In this document: positions 38,230-50,439 of the stretch, in pieces
Layout: each line of letters opens with the position of its first letter
Numbering within the stretch: the first letter of the stretch is position 1
Source: Octopus bimaculoides
Taxonomy: Eukaryota
Assembly: GCF_001194135.2 (NCBI RefSeq)
Contig: NC_068990.1
Location: 47,819,895-47,883,894 of the forward strand
Length of the DNA stretch: 64,000 bases
Direction: 5' to 3'
Translations under genes and position numbers: made by a program
The notes under the pieces: generated by a model
Databases searched by the model: none
The model's input: the letters and a program-made list of their open reading frames with translations, nothing else
Told to the model about the DNA's origin: nothing

Positions 38230-38900
38230 AGATATTGACAGCTTTGTCTCTCAAGAAGCATAAATTGTACTATGGAGATGTCATTCAGATTTGACTGCAA
38301 TTTTGTAATAAAGAACTCTACTATGGAAAAGAAAAGCTCTCTCTGCTTTGAAGGATGTTGGAGGAAGAGTACTGAGAACAAGGAACAATTTCTGCAAGTT
38401 AACAATTTGACGTCCAGTAATCTTAAGCATTTTCATTTCTTTGATTGGATGATTGAGGACTCTCATGATTGTTTTCAACAGTTTTGTTAATGGAGTTTTA
38501 TTTTGCTGAACAAATTGTTTCAGTTATCATGGGCTTGATTTCAAAATGGCAAGTAAGAGTTTCTTTTGTTGAAATGATGAACATTCTCTTATACAGTTTC
38601 TCCGTGATATTTTGCAATGAGGTCTCTAATAGTGAAATTAGAAATGAGTAGTTTGCATCCAAAACATCTCTCAAAAAATGGTTTGTTAAAATACCTCATC
38701 AAGTCCTTCAGAATTTAATTCCTTTGCTCTTTTGTTAATTTTCTTGATACATCTCTTAGTAAGAGAGACACTGGAGTATTTTGTCAATTTAATTCTAGAA
38801 TAGATATGCTTTCTACAGAGATCAAGGTAGGATCTCTTTGGCCAAGGTTTACAATTCCAATTTTATATTTCTTGTATTGCTGATGCATCAGCATGAAAAG
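38230..38900 (-). mobile_element. hAT transposase C-terminal dimerisation domain relic
   Basis: LSTLPPTSFKAERAF continuing, after a frameshift, as FSIVEFFITKLQSNLNDISI (cf. PTSVExERAFS...TKxRSRLxD). Left boundary of the coding relic is clear; right boundary approximate. Confidence 0.65.
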
Positions 38901-39389
38901 TATAAAATTCATTGTCTGAAAAACTCGAGAGATTACTCCAAATCAATTGTAACTTTTGCAATGCTATTTTTAAGGAACAATATTCATTCTAACATCTCAA
39001 ATAAATAATTCCATCTTGTCTTAATGACATTGATTTATTGCTATTTATGTACATGCTCCTCTTTAACTACTAAAACTGAAATATTTCAATTTTTGTTGGA
39101 GATCTACAAATGAAGTAAGTATTGTTTTTGTTTTTTAATATTGCCAATGTCTAAATTTATTAAGTAAGAGGATCATCTGTAATAGGAACTATTTCACAAA
39201 GTTTAGTAGTATGATACAGATAAGCATAAATATTAACTGCATTTATATAATTTTCATCAAATGTACCTCCAAACTTTTCATTGTCATTGTAAGAGTCAAT
39301 ACTTAATTTAGCTTGCTTACAATTTGATTCAGTTCTTTTTTAAAGATCTCACAAACAACCAAATGAAGTCCATGTGATTAACACAATTG

Positions 39390-39492
39390 ATGAATCTCGC
39401 AAATACGATTTTTATGAGTGGAATACTCACTGCATCTCTTATTTTTGGATTGCTTCCTGATTGGTGTGTCTGAAAATTAGTTGAACACAAAT
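39390..39492 (+). pseudogene. Decayed duplicate of SLC22 paralog B coding exon 3 (pseudo-exon)
   Basis: atgaatctc..aaatacgatttttatgagtggaatactcactgcatctcttatttttggattgcttcctgattg aligns with 49761-49864 (NTIFMSGILTASLIFGLLPDW versus NMIFMAGMFTASFIFGLLSDW). Downstream intron motif tagttgaacacaaat is shared; the acceptor tract and about 30 nt of exon are deleted. Confidence 0.8.
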
Positions 39493-39757
39493 ACTACTGC
39501 AAATATATTTGTTTCCATATCAAAGTTATATTCAGAAAGGACATATTATCAGAAAATGCAGTCAGGTTATATATAATCAGAATATACAGCCAGCACATAC
39601 ATTTAGGCTATACAGTCAGGTTTTAGTCAGAACATACACTCAAAGTATTTTGCCAACCAATAACCATATTCCTATTTCCATATTTGAAATGAAATTAAAT
39701 GAAGTGTATACTATTGTAGAAACCAAAATCTGATATTTATATTTATTATATTTACAG

Positions 39758-39932
39758 TTGTGTCAGTAACCACACTTATGGAAACATTACATACAACAGC
39801 ACAAAAGATGAATGTTACCTTTATCCAAATAATGGGACAGGATTTAATACTACAGACAGAACTGAGGAAACAATTGCCTGTAAATCTTGGGTATATGATA
39901 AATCAGATTTTACGGCTACAGCTGCAACAGAT
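39758..39932 (+). CDS. SLC22: SLC22 paralog B, coding exon 2 (large extracellular loop)
   Basis: tttacag acceptor, gtaact donor; 175 nt, phase-compatible with exons 1 and 3. (S)CVSNHTYGNITYNSTKDECYLYPNNGTGFNTTDRTEETIACKSWVYDKSDFTATAATD with the C..W.YD.S.F motif. Confidence 0.88.
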
Positions 39933-40734
39933 GTAACTATACTTTCGGAATTATATTTTGTATTTTAGTTAACAGGAATGATAACAGCTACTGAGTAAAC
40001 ATCCTAGTTTTTGCTATTTCTGTCTGTCTGTTAGTCTGTCTGTCATTCTGTCTGATGGTCTGTCTGCCTCTGTCTGTCTGTCTGTCTGTCTTTGTCTCTG
40101 TCTCTCTCTCTCTTATTTGATACATTCTTCCATTTTCTTTAGGACTAGTCCATAATACAAGAGATGTTATGCACTCAACACAAGCAAATCTACATTTGAC
40201 TCAGGTCCCTATTCATGGCAGAATCTATTACTATATATCTAGTAGATCCTCATTAACTTGTGAAATGTATGTCTTTAACAAAACTCTTCTAAGATGAGCA
40301 AAAGACTCTGTAGATTTATAATAATGTGGTTCTACAGAGTGTCCAGTGGCATATATGTTCTCAAAGAATGTTGCCATTGAAATATCTCATTATTACTTAC
40401 TTTGTAATGTTATTTCAATGACCAGAATTTATAAGTTTTGTTAAAGATAAGATTTTTGAATGTTTCTTTAGTTTTACTATTATTTCATTCATTGTTACTG
40501 CATGTTGTCATTGTTGTTTAGGTTAGATCATCACTAATGCAGCAGACTTATGATCAAAAGGATTCCAGGGATGGTCATAACTGGAATGTTATTGATCATG
40601 AGCTTGCATGATTAGTACTGATCCTTATTTAAACAATAACAATGACAACAACTCATAGCTGTATATTTCATGGAACAACATATGAGTGCAGGTACATAAA
40701 CAGATACATGCTCAAATATATATACATATATATA

Positions 40735-43700
40735 TCATAATCATCATTTAATGCCCGTTTTCGATGCTGGCATAGGTTGGACGGTTTGACCAGGCTGGCT
40801 TGCTGCACCAGACTCCAGTCTGATTTGCTTTTTATGGTTGGATGCCCTTCCTAATGCCAACTACTCTGAGAATGTAATGGGTGCTTTTACATGCCACCAG
40901 CACAGGCACCACTTACATGAAACCAGGGTGTTTTTATGTACCACCAGCATGGGTGCTGATCTGCATGATCGGTACCTGTCATGACTGTGATTTTGCTTGG
41001 CTTGATAGGTTTTCTTCTCGAGCATGACATAATGCCAAAGGTCTCAGTCATTGCCTTCACAAGACCTAACACTCGAAAAGAAAGTCACTTTACCTCTGTG
41101 AGGCCCAATGCTCGAAAGGAACTCAGCCACATTACCTTCATGAGGCCCAACACTCGAAAGGAATTCAGCCACTTTGCCTTCATGAGGCCCAATGCTCGAA
41201 AGGTGTTCTTTACATGCCACCAGCATGGGTGCACTTGGCTTGACAGGTCCTCTCAAGCACAGCACATTACCAAAGGTCTCGATCATTAGTCATTTCTTCT
41301 GCGAGGCTCAAAGTTTGAAGATCATGCTTCACCACTTCGTTCCATATCTTTCTGGGTCTGCCTCAACCACAGTTAGAAACCAGCACTTCTTTACACAGCT
41401 GTCCTCGTCCATATGCATCACATGACCATACCAGTGCAGTTATCTCTCTTGTACACCACATCTAATGCCTCTTATGCCTAACTTTTCTCTCAAGATGCTT
41501 ACACTCTGTTATACATGCACACTGACATTGCACATCCAGCGAAGCATACTGGCTACATTTCTTTCAAGCCTGTCCTCAGTGGTCACAGTCCATGTTTCAC
41601 TATCATGCAGCATAGCTGTTTGTACACAGGCATCAAACTATCTGCCTTTCACTCTGAGAGAGAGGCCTTTTGTTGCCAACAGGGGTAAGTGCTCTCTGAA
41701 CTTTGCCCATCCTAATCTTATTCTCACAGCTATGCTCTTGGAGAATCTACCTCTGCTACTAACTTGGTCACCTAGATAATGGAAGCTATCTACTCTCTCT
41801 AGCTTGTCCCTCTGGCAGTTGATGGAGTCTATTTTCTGCTAATTTTCAGTGTTTATTGTATCAGTGCATCTTCCACATACAAAAGCTAGTTTTCCTATTA
41901 CCTTCCTCTGATATTGCTGCACTTTATATGTATCCCAAGCTTACACTGGGTGCATCTTATGGAGTTTCTACCAACACCTTTTCTACAGATTGAGCAGGGC
42001 CATCTACTTGATAGGACTTGTGATTTGTCTGCCTTCCTATTGACTAAGACTTTGGTTTTTATGAGGTTAACTCTAAGGCCTTTTGATTCTAGACCTTGCT
42101 TCTACACCTGAAATTTCTTCTCTAGTTCTGTCAGTGATTCAGCCATAAGAACAAGGTCATCAGTGTAGAGGAGCTCTCAGGGGGCAGCCTGTCTTGAATT
42201 CCTCTGTTATTTCCTCAAGGACTATGATGAGCAAGAGGGAGCTGAGGACTGATCCTTGGGGAACCCCTACTTGTATCCTGAATTCATTGCTATACTCATT
42301 GCCAACCTTCACCTTACTGATAGCATCCCTGTACAGGGCTTGTACAGCTTTCACCAATCACTCGTCTATCCCTAGTTTTCACATTGACCACCAGATAAGG
42401 GACCAGGGACCCTGTCAAAGGCTTTCCCCAAATCAACAAAAGCCAAGGACAGAGGTTTATCTTTAGCTATGTATTTCTCCTGCAGCTGCCTCGGCATTAC
42501 CTTTATCTTTGTAGCAGTTGACTATGGTGTTGCTACACCAGTCATTGAGTATGACCCTTTCGTGAACCACCTGATTTACACTACAGGTGATTAGACCATA
42601 ACCAACACCATCAGATATTTTAAGCATCTCAGCAGAGATTCCTGGTGGGGTCGGGGGATTTTCCTGTCTTCATATCCTTAATTGCTCTATCTACCATGGA
42701 ACTGTCAATTCAGGTAGCTGGTCCCTCAGTTGGGTCAACATTTGGCAGACTCTCCTCCCACTCATTCTCAACGTTCAGCAGTCTTTCATAACGGCATTTC
42801 CAAACCTCTTTCTTTGCAAAATCATTACACGCAAGTCCACCATCATCCATATGTACACATTTCTCTCCTCTGACATCATGGTTTTCTCTCACACTGTCCT
42901 TTGGTCCTCACATCATTGAACATAGGCAAACTTCTTTCCTGCTTCTCTCTTGGCTAGATATACCTGCATCCCTTCTGGCAGTCTGATACAGAACCCTGCT
43001 ACCCTTGTTCTTCCAGGTCTTCCAGGCCTGTTTCTTAGCTCTAATGGCCCTGTATACCACATTGTTCCACCACCATGTTACCCTAGGTCTGGATGGGACT
43101 TTGCACCAGCCACAGATTTGGTCTGTGGCACTCAGCCAGCTGTCCCTCAGAAATTCCCAGTTACCTTCTATGTCACAAGTCTGTAGTTCCTCCTTCCTTT
43201 CCACGAATTTCTCAGTTATGATGTCCCTAAATCTCTGACCATATGAACGGTCCTTAAACTTCCAAATCCTTCTTTTCCAGATTTGTTTATTTCTTGGCAC
43301 CCTTCTGCCCTGGAGTATAAAGTCACTAATGACTAGTCTGTGCTGGGAGGTACATTCCTCACCAGGGAGGGTCTTTGTATTTAGGAGCAACCATGCATTA
43401 CTTTGTTTGGTGAGAATGTAATCTATCTGGCTAGCACAGACACCTGATTAGTAGGTTATCAGGTGGCTGGCTGGCTTCCTGAAGTTCATGTTACAGATCA
43501 AAACGTTATTTGTATCACAGAACTCCAGTAACCTTGTTCCCTCTTTGTTTTGGGAGCCAAATCCATGGCCCCTATGCACACCATAGAAGATACCAGGCTG
43601 CCATCTGACATGCCCATTCAAATCCCCAGCCACGAAGAGGAGATCATTGTCACTCGTTTTTGAGGTAGCCTGCAAAAGAATGTCATAAAAGTGGTCCTTC

Positions 43701-44100
43701 TATTCATTTGGTAGGCCTGCTTGAGGGGCATAGGCAAAGATAATTGTCACTATGCTGTTCTGTAAGACTAACCAAAGCTTAAGCACTCTATCACCCATTC
43801 TGGCTACCCTATGACCTTATCCACCCATTCCTCTGCAAGTAGTATTCCCATGCCACCTACCCCATCACTGTTACCTTCCCAGAAGATTTTTATATCTATG
43901 TCTTGCCTGTGAGGAACCTGGCTAAAGCTCCTCTTCACCTTACCTCTTGGATGCAACATACATTAATACACCTCCGTTCAAGCATCTCAACAATCTTGCT
44001 AGACCTACCTTTCAATGTGTGTACCTACATTGATAGTGCCAAGTCTGAAAACTGGGAAAGGGATGTGGTAGGGAACATGAGAAGGAGTGATATTATTCAG
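40735..44100 (-). mobile_element. RTE-clade LINE, near full length (same family as 26538 and 27792)
   Basis: APE (GTINVG..CCIQEV, VAGDLNGHV), RT (QVGVPQGSVLS), PHD-like finger at 41865-42000, 3'UTR with an about 42-nt minisatellite and (GAT)n tail. Confidence 0.9.
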
Positions 44101-44149
44101 CATCTGAAGAAAAGGATTCCATATTTGTTTTAAAATGTGGAAGGCCAGT

Positions 44150-46870
44150 TTATAGGATTATCTTAGGTTTCCCATCCATAAAGGGTCTAACTTTATGGTG
44201 TATCATCAGATCCCAAAACCTGTTGGCCCAATGCCTCTTAAGAATATGGAGGAGGGAATGCCTTACTACTCAAAGGTAACAACGATGTTTATCTCCCTTG
44301 GCTATTGGTTATTAGCTATTGACTTCTGACTGTGCCGCCATCTTGTGGGCTCCATAAGGCTAGCAGGAATCTCCTAAAATGTAAACATGGCTCAAAAATC
44401 TCTGTTCTAGAGTTAAGGATGTTCCCTGGTTCATGGGAGTCCTTTAGGATTCTCACCCATTCTGCTATGCATAATTTGCATCGTTTTGTCCTGTTGATGT
44501 AGGGGCCTGGGTTCCGGAGGATTTTCCATGAGATCGAGTATGGAATTCCATCCTCTCTCAGTTGCCATACATGGTTGGCTAATGACGTTACATTATCTCC
44601 TTTTCAGAACTCTGAAGGAGGATCTGTGGTTGGAGAGATGCTACTTGAATGAGTTTCCGGAACATCTGATGTATCTCTGTGGGTGGGTGTTGTTGGCACT
44701 GTGTCTGTATCTACTGGTGTTGCTGTTGTTATCGTTGTTGTTGGAGCTGGGATTACTGGAGCTGGTAGTGACGGCAGCAGTGATGGTATCGCCACTGCTG
44801 GTGATAGTGAAGGTGCTGTTGTTATTGTGACCCTCGTCATTGGTTGGAGAGTTGTCATTGCTTCTAGAGATGTCATTAGTGATGGCTCTGCTGGTGTTTC
44901 TGCTAGGGCTACTGTCGCTGATGCTGCTGTTACCATTATTGCTATTATTGCCCTTATTGCTGGCAGTGGCACCAGCAGTGGACCTGTTGCTGCTGCTATA
45001 AGGACTGTCATGTCTGCTACTATGGACGTTAGAGAAGCTGTTGATAATGCTGCTGCTGATGGCGATGTTGCTGTTGTTGCTGCTTTCGATGCCATCAGGA
45101 GAACTACTAATGCTGTTATTGTTGTTGTTGTTAATGTTGTTAAATGTGGTAATGGTGGTAGCATTGCTGGTCCTGTTTCTGTATCTATGGCTGCTACTGC
45201 CAGGATTTGCTAGTACTTCGGTTTCATAGATGACCCCTTTGATTTCACAGTGGCTTCCCACTGGGCATATGTTGTGGTCCCTTCATGAACATCCTGCCTC
45301 TACCCACGGCCTAGGGGCGCTAACTAAAATGCTCTTAATATTGGAGACACAGCTAAAAGAGACTCTAACATTGTATCTGTTGAAAATGGGCCCATACCTA
45401 TGGGAGCTAGTGAAATGTTTATCTATCAATTTAAGGAATATTCTACCTATGGGCGTTTTTGTGTTAACAGAGGGGTGGGGAGCAAACAAAAGATATTTCT
45501 ATGGCATTTCCTTCTGTGGTTGTTGGTATGTAGGAGATGCGGTCCCTAAATCTGCTGGCAGCTAGGGCCTGTTATAGTAAGGAGCCACTGCATTGAAAAT
45601 CTGTTGGTTGGAGGAAATGTTTGTGACCCTCTTGCTAACACCCTTCACCAGGCTTTTGAACATGATGAGAGGGTGACAGGAGACTGTGTTGATGTACGTT
45701 AGCCTCTCGTTTGGTTTGCGGCAGGGCCTGTATGTACTGGAGCCCAAGTCGAGCGTAACGTCTAAGAAGTCTGTGGTTGTGAGGTTGGTCTCTATGGTGA
45801 TTTTCAATCCCATGGAGGCAAGTGTGCTGATTAGATCTTTTCTAAGCCTATCAAGTGTATTCCCACTTGCTCTCCTAGAGATGGCCAGAGCATCATCTTT
45901 GTAGAGACCAAAGAGGACAGGAGAACTTTTTCTTAAGTGTATTGAGGATATACAACCTGATGAGGTTGCATACGTCAGTGCTGTCGATGGCCCCCATCAC
46001 TACGTCAAAGGAGCTCATGGGGTTGGATTGCTTGACCCATGCCAAACCTTTGTTGAACAGCACTGTTTTTCTGGCATGCATAATGACATCTATATCTATG
46101 TCGTTAATGTTAGTGAAGCTCCTAGTGAAAGAAAGTGCCTTGGCCAGTAGTCCTCTTGATATAGACAGGTAAAAGTCGACTATATCAAACTGGGTGAACC
46201 TTGCTCTGCCTCTTCCCTTGTTGGTGTTAAACCATGCAGTCACTTCATTGGTGTTGTGCCACAGGGAAAGGTTGGTGGCCCTCCTTATGTCATTATTTAT
46301 ATTTCTCAATATGGGCTTGCTTGCCAGACTGATCTCAAATTTGGCCAGATTGATCAGGCAGCACTTAGGCTTTGAGGCAAAACTCAGTTTATGATCTTTT
46401 ATGGGAATGAAGGCGTTTCTTTTAGCTAGAATCTCTACCCTATCCACTATCTCTAGTTCGTTAGCTTACTTTGTGGCTTCACTGTTCATGTCATTATATG
46501 TATGTGGGGAAGCAGACCTATAATTTTGTGTGACATTGTTTTCTAGTAGTCTATCATATTTTAGGGTGTCTATCCGATTTCAGTTTCCATCTTATCAGAG
46601 AAGATTAGGGACCTATCTGAGTTTTTTTAGCAATCTAATGTCGGCCTGGAGCTTGTGCTGGAAGGATCAAGAGGACTTATGGAATTTCAGCTTGGGAATA
46701 ATGCCCAGCAGGTCTGCCTCGAAGGGTTCGAGGTCCTTGATTTTGGGTGGGCATTTCCCTCGATTTGATTCCATAGTTGTTGCTCTCCAGGGATGGCGTG
46801 GCTAGGTCATGGTAGAATGCTTTCCACCTCATGCACCTAATTATGTCCATTATCTTTTCCAGCAGCATTC
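44150..46870 (-). mobile_element. Penelope-like element (RT plus GIY-YIG), decayed
   Basis: MRWKAF N-terminus, IKDHK..KPKC.LIN, FDIVDFY, MG..DS.DVC, YKDD, FLDVTLDL...Y.PCRKPN, SCHP, VIY...YI(R), SWKIL...RCKLC...LNSRTE. Confidence 0.9.
44154..44214 (-). ncRNA. Type I minimal hammerhead ribozyme fold in the Penelope 3'UTR
   Basis: GGGAU-CUGAUGA-UACACCAUAAAG UUAGACC CUUUAUGGAUGG-GAAA-CCUAAGA-UA/AUCCU. Core intact, stem I 5 bp, stem II 8 perfect bp, short stem III with one mismatch. Confidence 0.7.
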
Positions 46871-46879
46871 GAGTTTACA

Positions 46880-47902
46880 GCAAACTTCTCTGAGACAGGC
46901 GATTTTGAGAAGAAAAATCCCAGGTCGATCTCGAATGTCTCATTGTGCAGAGAGCTGCCAAAGTGTGGGGAACACTATGGGACAAAGTCTCTTGATGTTG
47001 ATGTGTTGATTGGCTCTACAGTTGAATATTTCACAAACCAGAGTCAGAAAGATTTTAAAACAAGACCTATACTTGTATCCATATAAGCTGCAGCTAGTGC
47101 AGCAATTGCTTCCACCAGATAAGATGCAAAGAAAAACTATTAGTGATTGATTTGTCAATATGTGCAGAGAGGAAGAGGATTTTATCCATCACTTGATCAC
47201 ATCATATAAGGTTCATTTTAACCTTTCTGGTTATGTTAATAACCAAAATTGTAGGCTTTGGGGTTGTGGAAGTCTTCAAATAGTGCATGAAAGGCCTTTG
47301 CACAGTAAGAGGGTTAGTGTGGTATGCAGTGACTTATGCATGTGTGATTGGTCCTTACTTTTTTGAGGATGAACATGGTGCAGCTGTAACAGTAACTGCT
47401 GTGCATTATGACCATATGCTGAAGACATTCTTCTTTCCAGAGTTACAAAGGCTTGCCCTGACAGATGTGGGGACAGCAAGATGGTGCCATTAGTCACTAG
47501 TCAATGACAACTCCTCGAGGATAATTCCCTGGACATCTCATTTCAAGATTTGGTGATATCCATGGCAATCCAGATCACCAGATCTAACCCCATTGGACTA
47601 CTTTTTGTGGGGTTATCTCAAGGATAAGGTATCTGCAAAAAGGCCTCACACAATAGTGGAACTAAAACAAAGCATCCGTAGAGAGATTGCAGCCATTCCA
47701 ATTAATATGCTAAGCTGCAGTGTGCTTGATAAGAGAAAGCAAGCTTGTGAATGTTCTCTTCGTGGTGGTGAACATCACTAGGATGTAATATTCAAATCTT
47801 AGATAATATGCTGAACTCCTGTATATCAGTTATGTAATAAATATATTTGGTACTCTATGATACTAACATTTAAAATGTGTCCTATCATTACAGCTCACCC
47901 TG
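46880..47902 (+). mobile_element. Tc1/mariner transposon, DD41D (rosa)-like, left end missing
   Basis: HFNLSGYVNNQNCRLWG, GPYFFE, QQDGA, SPDLTPLDYFLWGYLKDKV; ends caccctg followed by TA. The DD41D spacing is inferred from similarity because the region is frameshifted. Confidence 0.75.
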
Positions 47903-47912
47903 TATATATATA

Positions 47913-49193
47913 TGAGGGGGTGTTCATTAAAGGTTTCCCTGGACCCACTTCCCAAATACTGGGATAAATGAAACTTGGCATAATTATTAGTCCTTGTCTA
48001 CATGGCCACCACCGATGGTGACACATTTCTCTCATTGCTTTATGCAGCTGTGAAGACCTCATCTGTAGAAATCAGTAGGTTGCGTCTGGAGCCAAGAATT
48101 AAGTGCATCATCATCCACGAAGTGCTTCCCCTTTAGAAAAGACTTCATGGTTGGAAAGAGACGAAAACCAGATGGTGTGAGGTCAGAAGAGTTACGGGGG
48201 TGAGGAAGGATTTCATAGCCGCAGGAGTGTGCTTTCATCTGGGCAACATGCGCATTGTGAACTGGGGCATTGTTTTGGAGGAGGTGGACACCTTTGGTCA
48301 GCATGCTACACCTCTCTGCTTTGATTGTGTCTCGCAGTTTCTGCACCAGAGAAGCATAATATGCCCCATTAATTTTAGTGCCCCTTGCTAGAAAATCCAT
48401 CATCACTACTCTGCACTGGTGCCAAAAGACTGAGCATCTCCTTGCCTGCTGAGGGTTGGACATGAGCCTTCTTTGGAGGTGATGAGCTATCATGCTTCTA
48501 TTGCTTTGACTGGACTTTAGTCTCAGGGCCATAGTGATGGACCCATGTTTCATCTTGTGTGATAAGTCTGCAAAAAAGTCCTCCTCATTTTTCTGGCACA
48601 TTGCCAAAAGTCTGGGAGCAATTGACTTGTTCCTGCTTCTGAAAAGGTATGAACATCCAAGGAATCCATCGTGCAGACAACTTCTGCATGTGCAAATGGT
48701 CATGAATGAGTTTTTTTTCATGGACCCTACACTTCTTGGGCTAGTTGCTGAATAGTTATGTGGCGATCCTCCGAAACAATGATTTCCATTGGTGTTGTCA
48801 TCAATGGATGGTGTCATCATCAACGGCAGAATGTGGTTATCCAGGAATAGTTACAGTTTCCACTGATGTCGGACCACATTTGAACTGGTGGTGCCAGTGC
48901 TTGACTATATCATATGATGGTGCATCGTCGCCATAAACTTCTTTCATCTCATCAGAAGTCTCTTTTGGTGTATGACCTTTCAAGTATAAGAACCTGATCA
49001 CTGATCTGCATTCAACTGCCTCCATTATAACACCTTAGTCCACTTCAGCAGCTGCAAAAGACAAATGAATACTAGTGGAAAGCTGCAATTTACAATATGA
49101 CATGTAGAGACATGTATGATTAAACCTGTACAAGTTCCATTTCCTGCAAAAACCAGAAGTGGGTCAGGGAAAATCTTTAATGAACACCCCTCG
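47913..49193 (-). mobile_element. Full-length mariner (DD34D-type) element, 1281 bp, decayed transposase
   Basis: TIRs tgagggggtgttcattaaaggtttccctggacccacttc / gaagtgggtcagggaaaatctttaatgaacacccctcg, TA on the left. MEAVECRSVIRFLYLKG.., LLQNNAPVH, HPRNSSDLTPSGFRLF. Confidence 0.9.
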
Positions 49194-49544
49194 TGTGTGT
49201 GTGTGTGTGCACACACGTGTGTGTGCATGCGTGTGTGTATGTGTGTGTATGCACACATTATATAACTGTCATCATTTAGTGTTCCAATGAGGGTTAGTGT
49301 CTATAGCTTTTAATAAGAGGTAAAAATAGCTCATTACTAGGCTGTGTATATAATAACAGTTCCTCTTCAGAAAGTACAGATGGTGGTCTGAGTTTGGAGG
49401 GGAAAACTTGCAGTAAGGGAATATCAGGGGCTTGTAGTTATGGTGGCAAAATGTATAGTATAAGTTCCAAGGGGCAATATGTAGCATTTATAATGAGAAG
49501 AACAAAGATAGATGAAATAAATTAGTAGTAGTAGTAGTAGTAGT

Positions 49545-49577
<33 letters not shown>

Positions 49578-49760
49578 TGGTATGTAGTTATCAAGTTGAA
49601 AACAGCAGATACACTTGTTATGACTTAACTTTATATGTTTGAGTTAGCTAAAACTTTATGTTGTGTCTAAACTATCAACAAATAATTTATGGAAATAATG
49701 ATAAAACACAATACTTGCTACATGTTTTTCAATGACAATTATTGTTATTTTCTTTTACAG

Positions 49761-49864
49761 ATGAATCTTGTGTGTGGAAAAGCTGACAAAATCCCCTTTA
49801 TAAATATGATTTTTATGGCTGGAATGTTTACTGCATCTTTTATTTTTGGATTGCTTTCTGATTG
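49761..49864 (+). CDS. SLC22: SLC22 paralog B, coding exon 3
   Basis: ttttacag / gtatgt; 104 nt; MNLVCGKADKIPFINMIFMAGMFTASFIFGLLSD+TG (LVC and MFS motif A). Confidence 0.92.
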
Positions 49865-50439
49865 GTATGTGTGTGAAAATTAATTTATAATTCAAGATGT
49901 GATAATTTAGTTGAACACAAATGCTAGATTATCCATACAAAAACTTGAAGTCAACAAAAAACTACCTGTCAATCCGAAACTCCTTCCAGCAAAATGTCTA
50001 AGTGAATGCAGGCATATGTTTTATCAAGGTCCATAATGCAAACATACGTCTCTTGACATTATGTTCACAAAGAATAGTGTGAATATTTAGTCAGGTGTGA
50101 TGCATGCTGGATGAAAGCTACATTGTTTTTCAATTAGCTTGAGCTCAGCAATGTCCCAAATATAAACTTTACTTGTGAGGCTTAACAAAGAGATTTCTCT
50201 ATACTTAGAGGACTCCATATTGTATCTCATGTCTCCCTTTTTAAAAATTTGAATTACCACACTATTTTCTTGCCTTTCTTAACTGATATAATATAAGAAA
50301 ATAGCTTGTAGGAAGGAAAAGAATATCAGGTAGAAAATTGAGCTTAGAAGAAGTTTAACTGTAACATGCTTTCATTAATTGTTTTAGGTGCTTATATAAT
50401 CATGGTGAACAGCTTTTGAATTTTCCTACCCTTTATCCA

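Noticed and set aside
41040-41210. CRISPR-like or hammerhead-like reading of the 42-nt repeats
   Set aside because: The units are contiguous with no unique spacers, lie in a LINE 3'UTR, have no cas genes nearby, and lack CUGA.
44604-45213. Mucin-like or Ala/Val-rich host protein ORFs (186 aa minus, 176 aa plus)
   Set aside because: Alternative frames of the low-complexity insert inside the Penelope ORF.
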